Part shown: positions 56,227 through 64,000 of the stretch, in pieces
How the letters are laid out: every line of letters starts with the position of its first letter
Position numbering within the stretch: position 1 is the stretch's first letter
Assembly (NCBI GenBank): GCA_026026165.1
Contig: JAPEUD010000009.1
Coordinates: 310,001-374,000, forward strand
Length of the DNA: 64,000 bases
Source: Sarea resinae
Lineage: Eukaryota
Direction: 5' to 3'
The notes under the pieces: generated by a model
Told to the model about the DNA's origin: nothing
The model's input: only the letters and a program-made list of their open reading frames with translations
Databases searched by the model: none
Made by a program: the position numbers and the translations under genes

Positions 56227-59200
56227 TACCACCACCTCGACCGGCTCTCTCCTCGGGGATCTTCGACAATGTGGGCGATGACGGATTACGACGAGCGCCA
56301 CGGCCTTGAACGACGGGCGCAGGCGCGGCCTCGGAGCCGGGGGAGACGGAGCGCAACGCCTGGGCGGCGATTAATCTGCCCTGCGACGTTAGCGACGGCC
56401 GTTCTTCCATTTCGTGCGCGGAGACCGGGTCGTCGTAGTCGTCGGTCAGGGAAATGAGCATGGAGTCGTCATCATCGTCGTTGTCATTCTTCTTGTTGCT
56501 GTGCGGGCGGACGGTCGATCGCAGACTGGTGGGAATGTGGGCGTCGTAGCCTCCATCCGTGCCGCGTGTGGACCGTCGGACGGGGGAGGCGTGCCGGGGT
56601 ATAGGGCGGGCGGGGAGGGGAGGAGAGACGATCCGTGGAGAGGTGGAGGGATCTTCGTCGGCCGGATAGGGCGGGGGGCGGTCCGAGGACTCATTCTCTC
56701 CCATGACAATGAGGTCGTCGACGGCTTTTCGTTTGGGAGAGGCGAGTGCCGAGGGTGAGGCGGACGGTTTATCGTTGTCGTTGGCTATGGAGGCGGCTAG
56801 TTCACTTTCGAAAGAGAGGTTATCTGCTCGCACGAAATTCTGGGGATATATGTGTTAGTATGATTACAGTGAGAGACAAGACTTTGGGGGCCTTTACTTG
56901 GAGCTGCATTGGTGGAGCTTTCCATTCTGCGCTGACTGCCTTTTCGCTCGCATAGACGAGGAGCGCAGACCTGCTTTCTTCCCTCGCTGCTTTGAGCACC
57001 TGGGTCTCTCGGACTTTCTGTCGAGATATCAGCACGCCCTAAATACAAATGTATACAAGACTTACTGTCTTGGAGACTGGCTTTGACTCCGAAGCAGAGT
57101 AGCATATCCTCCACCACTGTTCTTTCCGCGCAACAGCATCGGGAGTGTTGTCGTTCGCATCTTCATCCAGCGCATGGAGAACATATGTGATATGTGGCTC
57201 CGTCGACACGCCACGCAACGTATATCTCTGTTTTGGTTTCAGCTCAACGTCCTCGCTTTCATCCGTGAGGAGCCTGGATAGATCTCGCAGGGAGGCGCGA
57301 GCTTTCTCCTTTTGCTCATCGAGAACTACGTATACGGTGAGCAACGAATGTGGAGTTAGCGGGACAATAGACATACCTCTGAGCTTTGACTTTACACCTT
57401 CGTAGATCTTGCTGAGTTCTTTTGCAATGGCTTCCCCAGAGGGTCTGCTGTTTTGTGGCCCCGAGCCCATGAGATCATCCATGTCTCTATCACCACCGTT
57501 CTGAATCGCATCAGACTTCTCAAAATGCGCTACAGTGCTTTCCAATAGCTTTCCAGCATCCACCACTGTAGATTGACCGAAAGAACTCGCCTTGCAATTG
57601 ATCTGAGTCAACTTCGTCTGCGCTAGCTCGATCTTGCTGATCATCTTCCCAACTTCTGCCTTGCGGGCTCGCATTGCTCTCGCCTGCTCTTTACAACTCT
57701 CCAAATACCTATCTGGATACCACACAGCTGGAATGCGGATACCAAGACCATTTCCACTCAAACTTTGCCGACTGACTTTCATGGTGAGCACATCACCCAA
57801 GGTGTCAAGATAGGCCTCTACTGCGCCTTCTTCTTCCCAAGGTTCAGACCAAATAATGTTATCCAAGGCATCATACAGAGACTGGGACGTATCTGCAATG
57901 TCATCATCGACCCCAACGTCCAGACAGAAAAAGGGCGCTGTTACAGCCTCCTCTGGAAGCTCTCCGGCGACCCGTTGGATCCCAACGGACCAGAACAGCT
58001 TCGGTAGGTCATTGTCTGGATCCGTCCGTTGAGCCGCTTCGGACCAAGACTGGAGATAAGCGCTAACAGCCAGATCTAAGTTCGTATCGGCAACAGATTT
58101 GAGCCTCGCAATGACTTCCACACTCCCATATGCACGCTCCGTCATGTCGAGAAAGGCCATAAGTCTCTGGGTCTCGTAGATAATCTCATCCCAATCTCCG
58201 TTTTCAAGACCAGTCTCTACATCGACTACTCTAGGCATGCGTATGGCATTGCCATCCCACCACTCATTGTTATGGCCGTACTCGCTCAAAGTGTGCCCTC
58301 TCAAGAGGAGCGCTTCCCTCGCTAACGGGATGGCATGCATGATGGTAAGTAACGAGGACAGATAAGGCTGACTGGTAGATGGCTTCAAAAAACATGGTTC
58401 ATTGTCGTCTCGTTTGCGGTCAACGGGTTCGGGATTCAGGAAGATCTCGTGAGCTGAAGTTCCCGGAAACGTCATTGCCCATTGACTTGAGTCGTAGAAG
58501 GGCCGAGTAGCAGGACCAAAATGTGGATCAGAGTTGTCCGTGACACCATTTTCCTGCGGAAGCCCACTCATCGAAAGCGCCATGGCTCGCTGCATTTCCT
58601 CGTCTTCACGTTCAGCGGCACTCATGCTTTCACCGGGAATACCTTTTGTGATTTGTCAACGAGGGCCAAGTAGTTTGGCAGAGGTCTCTTTCTTACCCGT
58701 AGTATGCTCACCAGGAATATCGACATTCTCTCGGTGATTGACTCTTGATGGTGGGCGAGAAGGTGCCCCGAACACATCCGGTCCGAGGCTCTCGGAGGGT
58801 GCTTGAATCTGAAAAGCTAGATGTATCGCATTTCCAGTCAGCAACGTCTCTCAAGAGTCAAGTTCCAACGCTGTTCCGCGGCAAGCCCACCATCTATGTC
58901 TTCCCAGGGGTCCTCACATGGCAAGTTGTCGCTGGTTTTGTCCGTGTGAAAGGCACTCTCATCCCAGATATCATTCCCTTGCTGCTGTCACTCACAGTCA
59001 GCCTTATATCCTGTTGAATCCACCCAAGACATCATCTGTCGAACCTGAGCCTCGCTTGTTGGATTTTCGTAATGGGCGTTGATCGCCCTTTGAGCATCGT
59101 TGCCATTTGCCTGTCGATCGAGGACCGTTAGTATTTTCGGACCAGCGATCCGTGGCGGATGGATGCACCAACTTTTAATTTCCTTATGGCTGCGTCGCGA

Positions 59201-59259
59201 GACACCCCTATGACAGCCTCGACCATTTGTATGTCATCTTCGTTCGGTTCTAGATTCAT
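55991..59259 (-). CDS. UBA-like/UIM ubiquitin-binding protein, probably Rup1-like; about 8 exons
   Basis: N-terminal UBA-like segment (MNLEPNEDDIQMVEAVIGVSRDAAIRKLK-ANGNDAQRAINAHYENP), UIM (EDEEMQRAMALSM), FGPATR, ETQRLMAFLD, IPAVWYPDRY, YTLRGVST and ALLVYASE. Confidence 0.8.
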
Positions 59260-60086
59260 CGTGGATCGCGAGGAGAGTTTTTGGTCTTCGAAGACTGCCT
59301 TATGTGCTCATGCGAAGCAAGAGTAAGACCTTGACGGGACGGCAATATTCTGCTGAAAGCAAGAGGACAAGAGCGTCGGGTTATATAAAGTTATTGGCTC
59401 TGTCAAATATGCTTGCTTGCGCAGACAAGAATCAGCGATGGGCCAGATGATAGCGATGTCATTGTTTAGGGTCGTGCGGCTACCAGGTTCCGAAGGCCTG
59501 GACGGGTACAAATACAAACGCTACGTGATTTGGGGCAGAGCACGACACTCCACCCGCTCGCATCATTAGATATTGAGGGTGGCATCCATTCTTGAGGGCA
59601 TCACGCTCTGCTCTTAGATTCTCGGGAAGGGCCCATGCTTGAATGCTGTTCATGCGAAAGAGTCGTCCCAATCCAATTACAGGCTCATGCTCTACGCTCC
59701 AATGGATGGGTGATTGCATGTGTGAACTACTGAGTCAAACGAACCATCTCTTGGCACAACGCAACTTGGAGAACGGCGGACACAATATTTCGACCGGCGG
59801 CGACGGTGACCGCCTAGTTGAAGATGGAAGTTGAAGATGGAAGAAAGATGCTGAAATGAGAAGATTAATCAATAGCGCCGCCCCTGCAAATCCGTGATGC
59901 CCAGCGCTATGCAGCCTATGCTCCTTTGCCCTGCCGATAAACGCCATGCAGGATGAGAGACTCGTCTAATCGCTGAAGCGCTTTAAATAAGCAATGAAAT
60001 CACCACGGAGATTGACCGCAAAGGAGACCATGTCGTAAAGGAATTAGCCCTCGGCTCGAATGCCTTCACCTGTTGGAGGATCTGCA

Positions 60087-60944
60087 TCATTGGCCGTTCT
60101 TGGTGTCCTTGGTGTGCTCCGTGTCCTTGGTCTCCTGCTCTTCAGTATCCTCGTTGCCACTAACACTCTCTAGATCCTCATCGTCAAAATCCTCTTCGTC
60201 ATATGTCATCTCGGCGTCGGAATCACTGCCACCGAAATCGTTGTCCTCATCCGAATCATACCAGAATTCGCGGTCGTCTTCCTTCTCCTTGGGCTTGCTG
60301 GCGAGATCTGCGCTTGTGGGCATAATAAAACCTTCGGGGATGTCCCTCTTCGAAGCCTCGACGTCTTTTTCTACCAAAGCCTTGTATTCGACAGGATTCT
60401 TACGAAGCATGACACCAGCATCCACATTCGCCGGAGAAGATACCTCTGCGTCGTCCAAGAGAGAAAGGATGGAGATCAAGACCGACTCGACACGTTGAGC
60501 AGGAGACCAGCGTTCGGCGGCTAATTCACCAGACATTTCGTCCTCACCAGGCGCATGGAGGATCGAGATGCAGAGCTTGCCGTCCTTGTAGATATTCGGA
60601 TGATAGAGAGGACGGAGAAACTTGAAGTCTGGTTTTGAATGTCAGCGAGAAGGCTCGGATCTGGTGTGTGCAGCGTTGAGATGGCTTACCTGGGGGAGCA
60701 TATGGGTAGTTCTTGGGGAAAGTCATCTTGGCTTTGAAGTAGCCGCCATAATAGAGGGACTCAGGATTGAGGACGATGAGAGCAACATTCCAGTTGAAGA
60801 TATTCTCGTCGTTGAGCTGATCGAAAGGTCAGTGTCATGAGCTGCATCAGAAAGATGGCGGGCAAGAGAGCGGCGTACCTCCAAGTTGGCCCAGGGTTCC
60901 TTTGAAAGGGTTTTGAATTCGTTCATGAGGATACGTTCGGCCAT
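60087..60944 (-). CDS. cdc34: Ubiquitin-conjugating enzyme E2 Cdc34/Ubc3; 3 exons (60944-60879, 60816-60690, 60628-60087), 244 aa
   Basis: YHPNIYKDGKLCISILHAPGEDEMSGELAAERWSPAQRVES (active-site Cys plus acidic loop) and an acidic C-terminal tail. Confidence 0.93.
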
Positions 60945-62004
60945 GTTGAAAGCAACGAACAATCGAAAGACGTTGAAGCAGTCAAGAAGTTCTAGCCGGA
61001 TGACTGTTGCAGTGGAGGCACTGAGAAGTGGATTCGGGCCTTGCTTCGTAATGTGTGGAAGAACAGACGATAAGGTAGACCACCAGTCCTCAAATAGATG
61101 GCGGAGGATGTCAACGAGACCGGATAGACGAGTGGTAGAGAGGTAAGGAAGGAGGGAATGTTAGATGAGGTTTTCTTTCCTATACGAATGAGATGAGAGA
61201 GATGAATGCGTAGGTAAGGAGCAGAAGAGGTAACTTGGAAGGTAAGAGTCTAATTGTGAATCTGGTGAACACACCTCGTTGCCCGCCTGGCGCCACTGCA
61301 AGTCTGTACTGAGTAAGGCAAGGTAGGTAGGTAGGTAGGTAGGCAAGTACTATGTACATGTTGTACGAAGTACGTAGTAGCAGAGTCAGGATACTTGATC
61401 CGGAGACGGGCGGCAAAGGTCCCAATGGAAATGGCCCGTCACGACTCAGGGTCGAGGGATTATGTAAGGTACCTTACCTAGGTAGGTACTCCATGAAGTA
61501 TGAAGTGACGGGAGTTATCGATGTAATCTTATCTTATCGGTAGAACGCAGTCAGGTAACACCTCATGGTACCTAAGGTACCTAGGTAGGTAAGGCACCTC
61601 AGGTACTCCGTAAGTACTCCGTACGGTGTCGGTATTCGTACACTTGGGTAAGGTAGCGAACTGGAACGACGGAGGGTAATGCGAGAGTGAATGCGGCTGG
61701 ACGGGGAGGTTCACCCGCCCGATCAGGACGCTCGGCCCGATTGGGCGAGTCGGTCGCGGTCTTGGCGCGCCTTCGCATGGCTAAGCGAGCGAGACTCGGC
61801 TAGCGAGCGGAAGAAGCCGCGTGCCAAAAAGGCTGTGGGGGACACGCCCCGCCGCTTTTACAACTTCTCCTTTCCTGCTAAGCGAGTGCACCAGCGAGTA
61901 TCGACTGTCCTGACAATCACCCACACACTACCAGATCGCTTGTTAAAGCAGCCATCTCGCTTACGCCACCGCCTTTGGCAGAAACCTGATTCCTCCCTTC
62001 CATC

Positions 62005-63000
62005 ATGCCTTCCGATAATACATTCACGGCCGTCCAACTCGATGACAGCACTTATTACTACGACACCCCGCCTCCACCCGGTTCTCTTCCCCCTCCACCC
62101 CGCCTGCCACAGGCTCCCGTCCGCGCCATCATCGTCAATGATGGCAACGTGGGGCCGAGTCCCCTACACTATGGCGGGCTCGCGGACTTTGACACGTCCA
62201 CCGGCACGATGACCGGCCGGTTCATCGTGACCGACGAGGTCTCGGGGGCTCAGTGGAGCTTTGAGGGGGAAATCCCCTTCTCGCCCGCTGCAGTCCCCGG
62301 GCCTCGGGACGGTCCGCGGGCCCCGGCCCCGACCAGGCGGCCTTCGATCTATGGGGACGAAGGAATCTTCGGTGCCCTGGCACCTGCGGGTACGTGTCTG
62401 ATCTCACTTGCACTGCTATCTCATCTTGCTTGGGCCGGGCTGAACATGCCTTACTGACTGACTTCTCACTACACAGTCTCGTCTCCCTGGCCGTCTGCCC
62501 CGTCTGCCCCGTCTGCCCCGTCTGCCCCGTCTGCCCCGCCTGCCGTCGCCGTTCCCGCTGCAGCGGCCCCGAGCTCTCGTGCTGCTGCGCCGGCGACAAA
62601 ACAGAGGAGGAACGCCAAATGTAAGTTTATTGCTTCTATATGCTCTCACCTCACCTCTCCTCTCTTTGCTTCGATTTCCTTTATCCATCACTTCAACTTC
62701 ACCTAATCTCACCTCATCACTATTCCTGATCTCACTTCACATGACCTATCTTGCTATGCGGGACTTGCTTCTTGCTTCATACCTGCTAACACCCACATAG
62801 GGGGATCGCTGCCTGGCATGCCTGCCGGGGCCGCCGCGATCCTGTCAAGGGATGAGTACGAGCTGGTCGAGAGGAGGGCGTGCCGGGGCCAGAAGTACGA
62901 CGAGATCGCCAAGGCAATGAACAGAGGCAACAGTGGTGCTCTGTCGATCAAGTACGACCGAGGGAGGACCAAACTCCAGGATCAGCTTGGTGTGTCCTAG
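62005..63000 (+). CDS. Hypothetical protein with a C-terminal helix-turn-helix-like segment; 3 exons (62005-62389, 62477-62620, 62801-63000), 242 aa
   Basis: Two canonical introns (GTACGT..CTGAC..CAG; GTAAGT..CTAAC..TAG) join three GC-rich segments into one 729-nt open frame. Confidence 0.72.
62491..62544 (+). repeat. (CCGTCTGCC)5-6 coding minisatellite encoding (Pro-Ser-Ala)n
   Basis: Seen directly in exon 2 of the 62005 gene. Confidence 0.92.
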
Positions 63001-64000
63001 ACCAGGAGAGGGAGGATGGGGAGTGGGAGCTAGCGGAAATCTTTCTTTTCTTTTCCTTTGTCGCTTTTCTTTTGTTTGTTTTTCCTTGGAGTCTTCGCAA
63101 GGCTTTTTTTTACGGGCCGTGTTCGGACTCTCTTACAGTAAAGACCATCCGTGAAAAGCCATCACTGGCTACGGATACAAAGTCTTTCTTTCGTTCGAAG
63201 CTTGCTCGCAGCCGTCTTGTAACCGATTGATTGACTGATGATGTGAACTGATCTATGTATCTGAATCCTGCCTTCAGCTATGGGCCTGCCTTGCATACCA
63301 TCTTTTCAAAGAGCCGGCTATGAAGAAGGAAACTCAGAACCTTTGGATTCCACTCTCTCTCTGACATCTGCGCGTTAGTGTCTATATACCTCCTTAAGTA
63401 TGTATGTGTGAGAGCGTACAGTAAGACATAAACGCGCGCCTCAAAGTAAGGGCAAGTGGTCTACAGTAAGGGACAACGTATCAATCTCATGTGAGTACCA
63501 ATAAGTCGGGTTATGTGTGGACAGATAGAAAGAGAGGTAGTGTGAGCGAAAACATCCAGCTGTTGTTGACCCATCTAGGATTCCCAAGGTAATCAAATCT
63601 CTCACGTAGACAAGAGTCCACGGGAGCCACGAAGATGGAACACAAACTACACCCTAGCCAAACACGTATGCATACAACGCAAGAATGCCACTCCAGACGT
63701 ACGTACGTACGTACGCACGCCGTGATCTCATTACCTGAACTCCCAGCCAAACATTTGCCCCCGATGGCTCCCAGAAACAGACATTTACCAAACAGCGCCA
63801 GATAAAAGACCGCTGAAACATCAAACATCGATCGGGAAATCGCCGTCCCCCGTGCCGTCGCTCCAGATCCAGCCCTTCTCATCTCGTCTTCCCGTCCAAG
63901 TGCCCGCTCTCGTCTCTACCCCACTTCATCCGCCCAGCTAGCCTGCGTTCCACCTTCGCCTCTAGTCGCGCTTTGGCGGCCGCGGCGCGGGAGGCTGGCA

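Noticed and set aside
55991..60944. Functional ubiquitin 'cluster' (UIM protein next to cdc34, nta1 nearby)
   Set aside because: Adjacency of common housekeeping classes is expected by chance; no shared regulatory evidence.

Overview
This is eukaryotic, intron-containing DNA from a filamentous ascomycete (Pezizomycotina), with short GT-AG introns and CTRAC/CTAAC branch points. I could build spliced models for 17 protein-coding genes. Most are housekeeping: GABA transaminase, Set2, Mid1, Es2/ESS2, Pop8, Ppt1/PP5, Spt4, Coq8, Nta1, Cbf1-like bHLH, Ycf1-like ABC transporter, Sac3/GANP, a Rup1-like UBA/UIM protein and Cdc34. Three are poorly characterised: a Myb-like/AT-hook protein, a DUF2841/YDR124W-like protein and an orphan with a C-terminal helix-turn-helix. 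I found no tRNA, rRNA, snRNA, transposase or biosynthetic cluster, and nothing I can show to be a new multi-gene system. The best leads are (i) the 3-exon orphan HTH gene at 62-63 kb; (ii) a 307-bp tandem duplication of a gene's 3' end that keeps an open frame and shows transition-biased divergence; (iii) structured YCF1 introns hiding a candidate 12-nt microexon and a poison 3' splice site; (iv) a long cbf1 leader with a candidate uORF-bearing cassette exon; and (v) a possible non-coding transcript at about 8.4-10.2 kb whose upstream region shares an exact 15-mer with the cbf1 promoter. All exon boundaries were read by eye and family assignments come from recalled motifs, not database searches.
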